Part shown: positions 51,765-61,511 of the stretch, in pieces
How positions within the stretch are numbered: position 1 is the stretch's first letter
Layout of the letters: each line of letters begins with the position of its first letter
Source of the DNA: Parachlamydiales bacterium
Lineage (GTDB): Bacteria > Chlamydiota > Chlamydiia > Chlamydiales > JAFEGQ01
NCBI GenBank assembly: GCA_050250135.1
Contig: JBFWPF010000004.1
Coordinates: forward strand, 1,893-65,892
Direction: 5' to 3'
DNA: 64,000 nucleotides
Notes under the pieces: model-generated
Database searches by the model: none
Seen by the model: only the letters and a program-made list of their open reading frames with translations
What the model was told of the DNA's origin: nothing
Translations under genes and position numbers: made by a program

Positions 51765-54577
51765 TGATTTTCAACGAAAAACGAGCGATGCAGTGGGTGG
51801 GTGCGCATAGCCATGTTTAGGTAGAAAGCGATGTCGATAGGAGGGGTCGTGTTGTGGTGGCGTACCATGATTTTCCCGTCTAGCGTCAGTTCAACCTTGG
51901 CCAGCACCTTGGGGTTAAGGTTGTATTCTTCATATAAGAACTGACCTTCACCCTCCCCTAGGTGACCACTCAGGCAGCGGGTCAGCTCATCAAAATGATA
52001 GGGGTCAATATAGTCGGTAATATCATAAGGCGCTGCGGGATCATGGCCATCATCTTCGAACTGACGCAAGCCGTTCATTTTCTTGAAGTTCTGGACGACC
52101 TGTTCATCGGCGCCATCACCCCCCCTAAATTGGTCTTGCGGGATGAAGCGGCCCCCGCATCTTCCTGGGAGCAATCGGGGCTCCCACCGAAAGCCCCACG
52201 TGTCTTGATGCCCATCGTTCATCGAGGAACGTTCCTCACTTTCCTGCTCCCCGCTTGTGAATCCACCCGTAACTTCGTGCTTATATCGCTCTTGAGTAAC
52301 ATAAGCTGCAAAGTTTGGGGGCCATTGTTGAATTCTCTTAGGGAGTTTACCGGCCCCGTTGCCGCTCAGCTTTTTTATGTGGCGAGGCTCAAGCGACCAT
52401 ACGAACTTATCAATAGCATGTCTGTCATTGATATGTTTTTCAGATTGCCTTGCGAGGAAACGGATGAGCTCATTTGGCTCTGCAAATCCCGCCCCATCAC
52501 CTAGCCAGCCGATTGCTTGGGTTACTTTTCCAGCTGACCACCCCGCCCAACTTTTGAGTGTCCTTTTCCAGTCTTGCAAAGAGTCCCAATTACCGGCTGG
52601 CGCCTCTTCAGGTTTCCGATCCTTGTCAGGCAGCTCCTCTTTAGACTGCGTAGTTGGCCTTGTGAGCCTATGGGCGAGCTCTTTGGCGCTGCGCCGTGAT
52701 TCAAAGGTGTTCACGATATCAGGGAACGAGAGGTACTCAACGGTTCTAACTGGAATGTCATTGCCTAGGCCCTCGGGGGCTTTGGTAAACTCCCTCACCT
52801 TACTAAAGATAAACTGTGTCCCCGGGTTATCAAAAGTGACTGCCAGAGGAGTGAAGAACCATGCCGACTCGTAATGACTCAGGGCGCCGCCCAAAGAGTG
52901 TCCAGTTGAGGTGATGTCCCAGGCCTTGAACTTTTTGGGCTCCTCAGGTTTTTCTGGAGGGGGTAACCGGGTGCCAAATAATGGGTTTCGCTTCTGCACC
53001 CAGTAATCTTGTAGACGTTCGCGGTAAGCTCTGTACCTCATCTCATAGTCTTCTACTTCCATTATGTCGCTGTCGCGCGCAATCTCTCTTCTAACGGCCC
53101 TAGCAAAAAGGTGTGCGAGTAGGAACTGGACGTCGAGCTGGTGTGCGACGAGCATACCGTCAGTTAGAAGGTCTCTTGCCAACTCGGTCGCTGAAGAGGT
53201 GTCGGTTCCTCTGTGGGCAATGACATAGTGCTTTCGGCGATCGATAATTTTAGAAAAGACAACACCTTCGTACCCCCCCCGCCCTCCCATGCCAAATTGG
53301 CGAGCCGTGTACTCAACTTGCCAATCGGGAGGGGGGGACTCCACTTCCTGAAGAGCACGTGAACGGGGAGCAATACGAGTTTGGTTGGCGCAAGCTATTT
53401 TCTCCCAAGAGACGTTTACCCAACCGGGAATGTTACGCCTCTCGCCTTCATATGCGCTGGGAATGGCAGAGTTTCTCTTTTTTGCTAGTGCTACCCAATC
53501 TTCAATATCTTGGATAACTGCGCTGACCGGTTGTCGAGCGGTTGTGGGTATTCGCTTTAGTGCCGTTCCCGCTAGTGCTTCACTGTGCTCAATTTTTCTT
53601 ATATCGTACGCGTGGGGTTTCATCTGTATGACCAGACCGTTCCGGTTTCGCTCATCGTTCCCGCTATCAAAAAGGGGAAAGTCAAGATAAGCAAGCTTGC
53701 TTAACCAAGCATACTCATAGCTAGTAACGCCATAACTTTGAAGGTTTATCGGATCACGGTGCTCGGCTATTTTTTCGTCGTAGACAAGCTGCTTGATACG
53801 ATCCTCGGCAAACTCGGTTAGCCAAGGGTATTTGCCGTGCTCTATTTTGCCCTTAGCCTCCTCGTATCTCTCGCGAATAGTTGCAAGGCTATGGGGGTTA
53901 GGGAATCCTTCCCTATTCTGCTTCGTCCGCCACTCGACCTCTTCCCAAAAGGTGCCGATAATCGGCGAGGCCGGCGGGGCTAGATCTTTTACCCAATCAC
54001 TCAACTGAAGGACATCTCGAAAACGCTGGTCAGCCGGATGTATGTCGAAACGTTGATTCGCTGCTGTCACTATCAAAGCGGTGAGCCAGTTGAAATAGAG
54101 TGCCGCCGCCGCCGAGTGCTGCTCGTTCGAAATTGAGGAAGTGATAATGATTGGAACATTTGAAATGCTGCTGTGAGTAGGAACAGGTAACTGCTGCTGC
54201 TGAATCGTCTCTCTAATGCCCTTGATTTCAAGCTTTCTCTTTCGCCCAGAAGAGGATTGCCGCTCGGCATAGGGCGTCATCTGTGAGGTAGGAGCTGTTG
54301 TTACCAATCCGACAGAACCTTGCCAACTTGGACCGGGCCGGCTGTATTGCCAGGTATGGTTCACTACCTGCCGAAAGCTCCCGATAGGAAGCCAGCGAGA
54401 TAGCATTGACAGAGGGGGGCGCGCAGAATTTAGCAGGAAGGTAGCAGCCTGGTATTGCCTCAAGAGTGAACAGAACGATCCCTCTGCTTGCGGAAGAATG
54501 GGCCCTGAGGGGGAGAAGGGGAGAGTAACCCCCTTACCGGAGCACTGAGTGATAAGCTGTAATATGCGTCCTAGCAT
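51746..54577 (-). CDS. large class-3 lipase-domain protein (putative secreted effector)
   Basis: ORF 51746..54754. The ATG at 54577 lies 8 nt after the upstream gene's stop and is preferred. The lipase_3 signatures HYVIAHRGTD and TSTGHSLGGALS lie mid-protein. G+C is visibly lower than in the flanks. Confidence 0.72.
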   Translation of the reverse strand: MLGRILQLITQCSGKGVTLPFSPSGPILPQAEGSFCSLLRQYQAATFLLNSARPPLSMLSRWLPIGSFRQVVNHTWQYSRPGPSWQGSVGLVTTAPTSQMTPYAERQSSSGRKRKLEIKGIRETIQQQQLPVPTHSSISNVPIIITSSISNEQHSAAAALYFNWLTALIVTAANQRFDIHPADQRFRDVLQLSDWVKDLAPPASPIIGTFWEEVEWRTKQNREGFPNPHSLATIRERYEEAKGKIEHGKYPWLTEFAEDRIKQLVYDEKIAEHRDPINLQSYGVTSYEYAWLSKLAYLDFPLFDSGNDERNRNGLVIQMKPHAYDIRKIEHSEALAGTALKRIPTTARQPVSAVIQDIEDWVALAKKRNSAIPSAYEGERRNIPGWVNVSWEKIACANQTRIAPRSRALQEVESPPPDWQVEYTARQFGMGGRGGYEGVVFSKIIDRRKHYVIAHRGTDTSSATELARDLLTDGMLVAHQLDVQFLLAHLFARAVRREIARDSDIMEVEDYEMRYRAYRERLQDYWVQKRNPLFGTRLPPPEKPEEPKKFKAWDITSTGHSLGGALSHYESAWFFTPLAVTFDNPGTQFIFSKVREFTKAPEGLGNDIPVRTVEYLSFPDIVNTFESRRSAKELAHRLTRPTTQSKEELPDKDRKPEEAPAGNWDSLQDWKRTLKSWAGWSAGKVTQAIGWLGDGAGFAEPNELIRFLARQSEKHINDRHAIDKFVWSLEPRHIKKLSGNGAGKLPKRIQQWPPNFAAYVTQERYKHEVTGGFTSGEQESEERSSMNDGHQDTWGFRWEPRLLPGRCGGRFIPQDQFRGGDGADEQVVQNFKKMNGLRQFEDDGHDPAAPYDITDYIDPYHFDELTRCLSGHLGEGEGQFLYEEYNLNPKVLAKVELTLDGKIMVRHHNTTPPIDIAFYLNMAMRTHPLHRSFFVENQWRKAL

Positions 54578-54584
54578 AAGTAGC

Positions 54585-55640
54585 CTATAGATCCTGGAAT
54601 TTGTTGCCGGCCATGTTCCAAAGTTCCTCGTACTTATTATCGGCCATCTTCCAGTTACCACCCATTTCGAAAATAAGGGCCTGATAGAAAATGCTCGCTG
54701 AAAGGTAGGTCCATTCCTGCGCGTGCTGCACTCGGTAGGCTTCCTTGCACCCATCCAGCTGCATGTTGCAAGCTAAACGGACAGCTTCATGGAGATTATG
54801 AAGGTCATCATCAGAGAGCTTTTCCGATGAATCTTCATGGAGTGCAGCGAGTATTCGCCCCATTTGGGCAATTCCATTTAACCGCAGAGTAGATGATTTT
54901 TTTGAGTTAGTAGCAGAATCCGAATGAAGGCTATAAAGTTGTTCTGATAGTTTTACGGCATCTACTATTTTTTTGCTGTCTAATAGGATTCCCGATTTTG
55001 CCTTTTCCAAAGCGTTCAACACTGCCTCTGTTTCCATTTGAAAGTAGCACTCATCCAGAGGCTTCTCGGAAAGCTCGTAATAGGCAGGAATGTTCGTGGC
55101 GATGTACTGGAGTGTCGGGGCTGTGATGAACCAGTGGGATCCTGGCCATAGAGTAGCAAGGGGCGCTAGCAGCGGCAATGCGAAACGAGCTAAATAGTTA
55201 TCTGTTTTTTGGGTTGCAGAGGGCGATCGATAGAGGTCTGTTTTTATTTTCCGCTTCCCTAGAAATTCTTCAAAAGGGTTAGCTTTCTCCTTTTTCTTGT
55301 CGAGTAATTTGTCTAACGAAAACGGGGTCTCGGTTTTCTCTTTTGGAAGCCAACGTTCTATCTCTCTATATGCATCTTTTCTGTGTTCTTCGCGACTTGT
55401 TGTGAGGGCAGAGCTGCTGGCTAGGGGGATCAGCGCTGATGTTGAGCCGGAAAATAGTTTCATGAAGCGGGCCCACAGGCTGGACATCGGCGTGACACGA
55501 CTCGGCTGAATGGCCTTAAATCGATTTGCCGGCGAGTAGAGGCTTTGGTATAGCCGGTGTGGCTGCGAGGGCCTGTGCTGAAGGACAAGGGGTATGGAGT
55601 GGGCGCAAATAGTCTGAATGGTTCTAAAAAGCACTTCCAT
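54585..55640 (-). CDS. hypothetical protein upstream of the lipase gene
   Basis: ORF 54585..55757. The ATG at 55640 avoids overlap with the lptD 3' end. It is AT-richer, with no recognised domain, and sits in tight tandem (8 nt) with the lipase gene. Confidence 0.5.
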   Translation of the reverse strand: MEVLFRTIQTICAHSIPLVLQHRPSQPHRLYQSLYSPANRFKAIQPSRVTPMSSLWARFMKLFSGSTSALIPLASSSALTTSREEHRKDAYREIERWLPKEKTETPFSLDKLLDKKKEKANPFEEFLGKRKIKTDLYRSPSATQKTDNYLARFALPLLAPLATLWPGSHWFITAPTLQYIATNIPAYYELSEKPLDECYFQMETEAVLNALEKAKSGILLDSKKIVDAVKLSEQLYSLHSDSATNSKKSSTLRLNGIAQMGRILAALHEDSSEKLSDDDLHNLHEAVRLACNMQLDGCKEAYRVQHAQEWTYLSASIFYQALIFEMGGNWKMADNKYEELWNMAGNKFQDL

Positions 55641-55704
55641 TGTGAATTCCTTAAAGGCTTTGCAAGGATTGTCCCTTATCCCGCTTAACGGTGCAATCAA
55701 AAAG

Positions 55705-57858
55705 TTACCACACACTACACCCTCTGCCGAGGCAGCGGGGGCGGCGGGCGGGGCCAAGGGTAAGGCCTAGAGCCACCCGCTCATCCACCTCAGTGTGCTC
55801 ATAATAGAGATTGGCCTGCCAACGGCAAGGAAGCAGGAGGTAAAAGGAGAGCTTCCCCTCATTGTAGTTAGGCTTGGGAGGGCGCTGGTCGGCGACCCGA
55901 ACCCGAAAGCCATGCCGCGTCTCAAGCTCGATACCAAGGGTGGGAAGGAGGCGGAAAAAGGAGTGGGTCAGGATCGTGTAGCGCTGGTCAGAGAGGGGAG
56001 AGTGGAGGAGAAGCGACTCGGGAGTGAAGGTGTCTAGGGTGAAGTTGAGCGGGTCGGCCTTGCGCCAGGCGTAGGGGCTTCTGTAGCGGAGCTCAACGTT
56101 GAAGGCGAGCCGCTCACTCAGGGTCCACTCGAGGTGGCCATTAAAGTGGTCGATCTGGTTGTGGGAGAGGTTCCAGGCGGCATCAACGATCGCTTCGAGG
56201 GAGCGGGTAGGGGCAAGGGTAAGGCGGCCGTAGAGACGGGGGATCTGGCCGACGATAGCGGGGGTGTCGATAAAGGCATAGGTGAATAGGTCGAGCGAGA
56301 GGGGGTGGTAGAGGCAATCGCTGCTCTGCTTGTAGTAGACCTCCTGGCGGAGGCCAAAGCGGACGTAGCGCAGGTCGGTGTAGGCGTCTCGGCTAGAGAA
56401 GATGGGGTGGGCGTCGTTGCGGCTGGTCGGCTGGATAGCGGCGGTAGCGCGGGCATAGGGCTCGAGGGCATGCTTGCAAGGCCCCCAGAAGCGGGTTAGG
56501 CGGGTGCTCGCCTCGAGATCGGCCCAGACCCAGCCGAGCCATTGGGAGCCAAGGGGGCGGGGATCTGGGGTCATCTGGAGGGTGTTCTCCCCCTCGCCGT
56601 AATGGAGGCCAAGGAGGCGCAGCTCGGGGAGGAGAGTGAGGGCTCTTGTGCAGATGGGGCGGGCAAGGGTTTGCGAGAGGCCAATGCGGGAGGAGCGGAA
56701 ATTATGGGGGAAAAAGCCAGGGAGGGGAGTAGAGAAGCTCTGCTTGGCCAGGAGGGTCTCCCAGTAGCCGGCTGAAGCCCGGGTAATCCCGATGATCCCG
56801 TAGGGGAGGGAGAGGGGGAGGGAGGCCATGTCGACGTTGGGTAGCTCCTGGCTGACCAGCTGGAAGGTGTTGAGGCGGGGGCGGGCCCGGATAGCGCCGG
56901 TCCAGTAGGGGGTGGTCCTCCCCCCATCGAACTGGGAGGTGCGGGCGGTGTGGAGGTTAAAGTCGTTAAGGCGGTAGTCGCTCGGCATCTCCCGGTCAGA
57001 GAGGGCGTCGTAAAAGAGGTTGGTCCAGTAGCCACTTGTGAAGCACTCCTGGTAGTTGCCGGCAAACCGGTAGCGGGTCCGCAGGGTGGGATCCTCGATC
57101 GATCGGTCCCGGGCAACGTAAGACTGGGTGTAGGAGCTCCCCTGCCGATTAGAGGGGCACCACTCGGTCTCGATACCGCCAGCAGGGCCCCGTCCAATAA
57201 TGTACTCGAGGCGGGCAAAGGCCTTAAGGTCGCCCAGGGTAAGAAAGCGGTAGCGGATCCCAATGCGGCTCCCAAAAATGCCGGCCACCTCGGCCCGGAA
57301 GCGTAAAGGGCTATCAACAAAATTATTTGTGTTAACGGTGAAGGAGGGGAGCCAGAGGAAGGGGATTTTCCCAATGCGCCCTTGGACATTGGTGGCGCTG
57401 ATCTCCCCAGACCGGTTGACCGAGACCTTTTGGGCGTAGAGCCCCCACTCGGGGGCCTTTCCCTCGCAGGTGGTGAGGTAGGCCCTTTCGGCGATATAGC
57501 AGCCGCGGGGGAGGATATGGATGAGGCTGGCGCCGAGGTACCAGGGGCCTGTGGCGACCCTACCCTCGTAGAGGCACCCGGTCTCCGAGAGGAAGTCATA
57601 TTCGAGGCGGCAGCCGGTCAGGATATCGCACTCCCGCTCCACCATAAGGTCCCCCTCGGCTACGAGGCGGGCGACCCCTTCAGAGCGGGTGTAGGTGATG
57701 CAGCGGGCTTGGATCCGGATCCCGTCGCCGGTCAGGACCCCCCCCTTCGTGGTCGTTAGGGTTCCCCCTTCGATGGTGGGGCTCTCCAGATCGACGGTAA
57801 CATTGGCGAGGAGGGGGAGGGAGAGGAAGAGGAAAAAAAAGAGGCGCCTTAGCATCAC
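55705..57858 (-). CDS. lptD: LPS-assembly outer membrane protein LptD (OstA)-like
   Basis: 717 aa. Signal peptide MLRRLFFFLFLSLPLLA (ATG at 57855, GTG at 57858). The N-terminal OstA-like jellyroll (TGDGIRIQARCITY...AEGDLMVE...) is followed by a large beta-barrel with alternating aromatic strands. Confidence 0.78.
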   Translation of the reverse strand: MMLRRLFFFLFLSLPLLANVTVDLESPTIEGGTLTTTKGGVLTGDGIRIQARCITYTRSEGVARLVAEGDLMVERECDILTGCRLEYDFLSETGCLYEGRVATGPWYLGASLIHILPRGCYIAERAYLTTCEGKAPEWGLYAQKVSVNRSGEISATNVQGRIGKIPFLWLPSFTVNTNNFVDSPLRFRAEVAGIFGSRIGIRYRFLTLGDLKAFARLEYIIGRGPAGGIETEWCPSNRQGSSYTQSYVARDRSIEDPTLRTRYRFAGNYQECFTSGYWTNLFYDALSDREMPSDYRLNDFNLHTARTSQFDGGRTTPYWTGAIRARPRLNTFQLVSQELPNVDMASLPLSLPYGIIGITRASAGYWETLLAKQSFSTPLPGFFPHNFRSSRIGLSQTLARPICTRALTLLPELRLLGLHYGEGENTLQMTPDPRPLGSQWLGWVWADLEASTRLTRFWGPCKHALEPYARATAAIQPTSRNDAHPIFSSRDAYTDLRYVRFGLRQEVYYKQSSDCLYHPLSLDLFTYAFIDTPAIVGQIPRLYGRLTLAPTRSLEAIVDAAWNLSHNQIDHFNGHLEWTLSERLAFNVELRYRSPYAWRKADPLNFTLDTFTPESLLLHSPLSDQRYTILTHSFFRLLPTLGIELETRHGFRVRVADQRPPKPNYNEGKLSFYLLLPCRWQANLYYEHTEVDERVALGLTLGPARRPRCLGRGCSVW

Positions 57859-57875
57859 TTAAATGCTAAGGCGCC
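57831..57875 (-). terminator. intrinsic terminator-like hairpin overlapping the lptD start
   Basis: Read on the minus strand: GGCGCCTTAGCAT-TTAAGTG-ATGCTAAGGCGCC (13-bp perfect stem, 57875-57843), followed by TCTTTTTTTTCC (57842-57831). The 3' arm contains the lptD ATG, and the U-tract encodes Phe-Phe-Phe of its signal peptide. Confidence 0.7.
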
Positions 57876-57894
57876 CCCAATAAAAAGAGAAGGT

Positions 57895-60363
57895 TTAGGG
57901 GATCACGAGGGCGGTGCCGACGCGAACCTGTTGCCCCTCAGAGAGGAGGTCCTCGTTGGCCTCGCGGATCTCGTTTACCTTTCGGGTGGTCCCGTAGTAG
58001 CGCCGGGCAATCCCCTCAAGGGTCTCGCCAGGTGACACGAGGTGGATCCGGGTAACGCTGGGCCTCTTTTCTCCTGTCCGGTCGGCTGCCTTTTGGACCT
58101 TCCCCTTAAGCACGGAGGACTGGTAGGCCTTGAGCTCAGCGAGCTCCTCAGCAAGGGCTTTACGTGACTCCTCCATGGTGGTGACCGCCTCCTTCCATCC
58201 GGCGATGTTGGTCGCCAAGCGGCTCAGCATCTCATCGCTTTCACGGCGGAGGAGGTGCTCCTTCTCGTAATCGAGTTCGACCTTTTCTAGGGCGGCAATC
58301 CGCTTGCTCAGATCTTTGTTCTCACCCTGGAGGGCCTTTTTGCTCTCCTCGGCCATGAGCATGGTGTCGCGCATTTTCTGCTCTTCGAGCTCGACCATCG
58401 CTAGGCGGGTCTCCTTTTCGTGGAGGCTGCGCTCCATCACCTCAAGGCGGGCCTCAAGCGAGCGCTTCTCTGAGTGGAGGAGGCGATGGGATTCGGTCAG
58501 CTCATCGATCTGTTGGGTGAGGAGGGCTCTGGCCTCTTCGGTTTCGTCGAGCTTGAGTGCCCGCTCGTGCTCCCCAATCTGGAGAGAGGCGAGCAGCCCC
58601 TCTTTTTCGGTTAGGGCGGACTGCTGCTGGGCGAGCTGTTGCTGCGCCGAGGCTAGGGTCTCGGCTGCCCTTTCGAGCTCGCTCTGGAGCTCCAGCATCT
58701 TCTCCTCCCGGTCAGCAAGGGCATTCTCCTGGTCCATCAGGAGGGCCTGAAGAACCTCGGCATTCTCAGTGAGGAGCGCCTGCTCGCTTTTCATCCGCTC
58801 GACCTGCGAAGCAAGGTCGGCGCACTGCTGCACCAAGGGGGCCTCAGCGCTGAGCCTTTGCTGCAGCTGCTCAATGGTCTCTTGGTACTCGGCGAGCTGG
58901 TACTCCTGCGCCTCAGAGAGGGCGGCGAGGGCAAAGAACTGATCTTGGGTCACCCCTGCGATCTGCTTCTCCTGGCTCAGCTGGCCCAGAAGCTCTTCCC
59001 GCTCTTGCTCGATTTTCTGCAGCCTATCCGATAGGGCGAGCCGCTCCTGGTCGCGCCCTTGCAGGTCCTCCTTCACCTGGTGGAGGAGGGCTTGCTCCTC
59101 GGCGAGGCGGTTTTCAAGAAGGGCTAGGTCTTCCGATTGGGTGGAGCACAAGGAGAGCAGCTCTTCGTAGGCCTGTTGGGTCTCTTCGACCTCCTCTGAC
59201 TCTAGGCGGAGGCGGGCGATCTCCTCCCGGTATTGGTCGAGGAGGGCGGTGTGGGTCGCAATCGCTCCCAGCTCCCGCTCGAGCATCTCCTTGCTCTTAA
59301 TCGCTTCGGAGAGCTGTAGGGAGAGGGTGTCGCTCGGTGTGGCGGTGTCCTCCTTTAGGAGGGCAAGGCTCGACTGGAGGAGGGAGACATACTCCTCTTG
59401 TGACTCCAGCTTCTTGGCAAGGGCGGCCTCTTTCTCTGCCATCTGGGCGATCTTGGCCTCCTGTGCGGAGATAATCTCCCGCAACAAGCGGTTGTCCTCC
59501 CCCCCCATTTCGGCTACCTCTTGCATCGCATCGCGCAGCTGCGCGATCTCGAGCTCCTGCTGCTCAAAGTTCCACTCCTCAGGAACCTGGTGGGTCGAGG
59601 CGAGAACTTTAGGTTCCTGCCGCACGAGGATCTCAGGCGCTCTTGCCGACGGGGGAGTGGCCCGCCCGAGGAGGTTGCGCCGCTCTTTCATCCACACACT
59701 CGTTCCCAAAATCGCCAGGCAGGCGAGGAGGATCAGGCTGACCGAGAAGGTGAGCCCCCGCCTTCTGGGAGGGAGGATGGGAGCGCTGTCCTCTTGTGGG
59801 TAGAGGACCCAGGCGATGGCCCCTTCCCGTTTGCCGAGCGCTTGCTGCACCTCTTCGACAAGGGTCTCGGGGCTGGCAAGCCGCTTCTTCCACGAATCGA
59901 GCCCTTGGGCCTTGAAGGCTGCCTCGTTTAGGGCGATCAGCACCTCATCAGCTCCCAGTTCGATCTTGGCCAAGTAGACCTCATCGAGCTTCCGTTTTTT
60001 CTCATTCGGAAGGGCGGGAGCCACCTGATCTCCATCGACTCTGAGCAGCTGGCAGTTCCCTTTGCTTGCTACGAGGCAGTGAGAGGCCCCTTCGTCGCAT
60101 ACAATGCCGAGCAGGGAGACGGTGCCCCCTGCGGCTTTCAGCCGCATCTCCGCCTCTTCGAAGGCATCCTTTAGTGTTTTGTCGGTGATCGGGGCCCCTT
60201 TGCTGAGGTGGGCGTAGACCGCCTCTCTCGCTAGGGTCTCGAGCTCCTCGCGCTCCTTTTCTGAAGGGGCATCGGCGAGGATAAAGCACCCTTGCTCGCC
60301 GATCAGGCGTGGGGGAAAAAGTTGCGACTCTTTTGTCGGGGGATAGGCCCGTTCCATCTTCAT
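57895..60363 (-). CDS. coiled-coil membrane protein with C-terminal LysM domain
   Basis: 822 aa with one TM (FSVSLILLACLAILGTSVW). About 500 aa are Glu/Leu/Gln-rich heptad-like sequence. The C-terminal LysM is IHLVSPGETLEGIARRYYGTTRKVNEIREANEDLLSEGQQVRVGTALVIP. Confidence 0.75.
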   Translation of the reverse strand: MKMERAYPPTKESQLFPPRLIGEQGCFILADAPSEKEREELETLAREAVYAHLSKGAPITDKTLKDAFEEAEMRLKAAGGTVSLLGIVCDEGASHCLVASKGNCQLLRVDGDQVAPALPNEKKRKLDEVYLAKIELGADEVLIALNEAAFKAQGLDSWKKRLASPETLVEEVQQALGKREGAIAWVLYPQEDSAPILPPRRRGLTFSVSLILLACLAILGTSVWMKERRNLLGRATPPSARAPEILVRQEPKVLASTHQVPEEWNFEQQELEIAQLRDAMQEVAEMGGEDNRLLREIISAQEAKIAQMAEKEAALAKKLESQEEYVSLLQSSLALLKEDTATPSDTLSLQLSEAIKSKEMLERELGAIATHTALLDQYREEIARLRLESEEVEETQQAYEELLSLCSTQSEDLALLENRLAEEQALLHQVKEDLQGRDQERLALSDRLQKIEQEREELLGQLSQEKQIAGVTQDQFFALAALSEAQEYQLAEYQETIEQLQQRLSAEAPLVQQCADLASQVERMKSEQALLTENAEVLQALLMDQENALADREEKMLELQSELERAAETLASAQQQLAQQQSALTEKEGLLASLQIGEHERALKLDETEEARALLTQQIDELTESHRLLHSEKRSLEARLEVMERSLHEKETRLAMVELEEQKMRDTMLMAEESKKALQGENKDLSKRIAALEKVELDYEKEHLLRRESDEMLSRLATNIAGWKEAVTTMEESRKALAEELAELKAYQSSVLKGKVQKAADRTGEKRPSVTRIHLVSPGETLEGIARRYYGTTRKVNEIREANEDLLSEGQQVRVGTALVIP

Positions 60364-60435
60364 AGCGTCACCTGCTTAGGGAGGTTAATCTCTTAAAGGA
60401 TCATGTATAGTGAGACGGGGTGAAAAGGGCAAGCG

Positions 60436-60948
60436 CTAGGTCGCAAACGGGGGGGGGCAGTCGTCGCTCTCCCACTCGATCGGGTGGTAGGTGAGCCCTA
60501 CCAATAGGAGGAACTGGGCGCCGCGCCCTATCTCCTCTTCATTGGCATCCAAGACCGGCTCAGAGTCCTCCTCAAACAGCATGACCCCAGCGGTAACGAG
60601 AGGAGCAGAGGCCACAGTCAGAGCCACCAAAACGGGACCTGGGTAAACTCCCCCTTTTAGGAGAAGGGCTATGGTCGCATACTGCATCCCTTTAAAAAGG
60701 GAGCGAGTTCCGGTACGGCTGAGCCCACCCGTTCCCATCTTGTGGATGGCGGTTGCATCCTCCTCAGCGCTCATCAAATCGATCCACTCGTAGAGGGAGA
60801 GGAGGGCGGCGCCTCCCACGGCGGCGTTCCCAAAGCGCCTCATAGCCACTGTGGTGATGAGGGCACAGGCCCCCATTTTCCCTAGGCCAACAAGGAGGTT
60901 TAGGGGGGGAAGGTCGGCTCGATTCTCTGTCCAGATCGATCGGATCAC
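60436..60948 (-). CDS. membrane protein, tandem paralogue D (unrecognised family)
   Basis: 170 aa. It shares NLxxGLGKM, RRFG, MGTGGLSRTGTRSLFKGMQYATIALLLK and LLLVGLTYHPI with the three upstream genes. Confidence 0.6.
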   Translation of the reverse strand: MIRSIWTENRADLPPLNLLVGLGKMGACALITTVAMRRFGNAAVGGAALLSLYEWIDLMSAEEDATAIHKMGTGGLSRTGTRSLFKGMQYATIALLLKGGVYPGPVLVALTVASAPLVTAGVMLFEEDSEPVLDANEEEIGRGAQFLLLVGLTYHPIEWESDDCPPPFAT

Positions 60949-61508
60949 GCTTGCTTACTCGGGAAGGGGATAGGGGCGGCGAAAACGCCGACCAGCAATA
61001 GCAGCTTCTCCTCCGTTGTCAGCGGCCTCGTGCTGGTAAGGTTTCCCGTTTCTCTCCACTCCTGAGCCCCTATCCAAACCGTTGCGCCAAGCACAAGGAG
61101 CGGCGAGCTGGCCGCAGCTGCGTAGCCCCCCAGTTTGAAAAGGCCTAGGCGGGAAAAGTCCTTTTCGAGAAGGAGCCCTTGGCCCAATCGCTTTAAAAGC
61201 AAGGTGATGGTGGTGTACTGGAGTCCCTTGTAGAAGGAGCGTAGGCCCGCCTGAGCGGTTAGCGAGGTCCCCATCTGGTTATAGATGCACGCATCAAACT
61301 TACCGTCCCATTTCTCATCGCGGCAAAAGTAGAGGTCACCGATTTCCAGAGGAGCGGCCAGCGCTCCGGTCACAAGGGCGGGGGCACCGAATCGGTCGGC
61401 AGCGATCTTCATCAGAGCGGCGCCGCCCGCCATCTTGGCAAGGCCCAGGCCCAGGTTGACGAGCTCATAATCGGTGCTCTCGGTCCAAAAGCGTGATAGA
61501 GCGTCCAT
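60945..61508 (-). CDS. membrane protein, tandem paralogue C
   Basis: 187 aa. NLGLGLAKM, DRFGAPAL, MGTSLTAQAGLRSFYKGLQYTTITLLLK, KLGGYA and LLLLVGV are present. It overlaps the next gene by 4 nt. Confidence 0.6.
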   Translation of the reverse strand: MDALSRFWTESTDYELVNLGLGLAKMAGGAALMKIAADRFGAPALVTGALAAPLEIGDLYFCRDEKWDGKFDACIYNQMGTSLTAQAGLRSFYKGLQYTTITLLLKRLGQGLLLEKDFSRLGLFKLGGYAAAASSPLLVLGATVWIGAQEWRETGNLTSTRPLTTEEKLLLLVGVFAAPIPFPSKQA

Positions 61509-61511
61509 CGG

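Noticed and set aside
54578-54754. N-terminal extensions of track ORFs (lipase ORF to 54754, partner ORF to 55757, also 11054..11158, 40947..41060, 48694..48744, 50195..50290)
   Set aside because: Each extension overlaps the end or start of a neighbouring well-supported gene. In each case an internal ATG sits just past the neighbour's boundary, often as an ATGA/TAATG-type junction, and gives a sensible N-terminus.
56571-57599. 342-aa same-strand alternative frame inside lptD (also 9394..10185 inside rtcB, 14353..15060 inside the MFS gene, and 37969..38865 opposite the Trp-rich protein)
   Set aside because: The translations are Pro/Ser/Thr/Arg-rich and low in complexity, while the overlapping frames carry recognisable domains.
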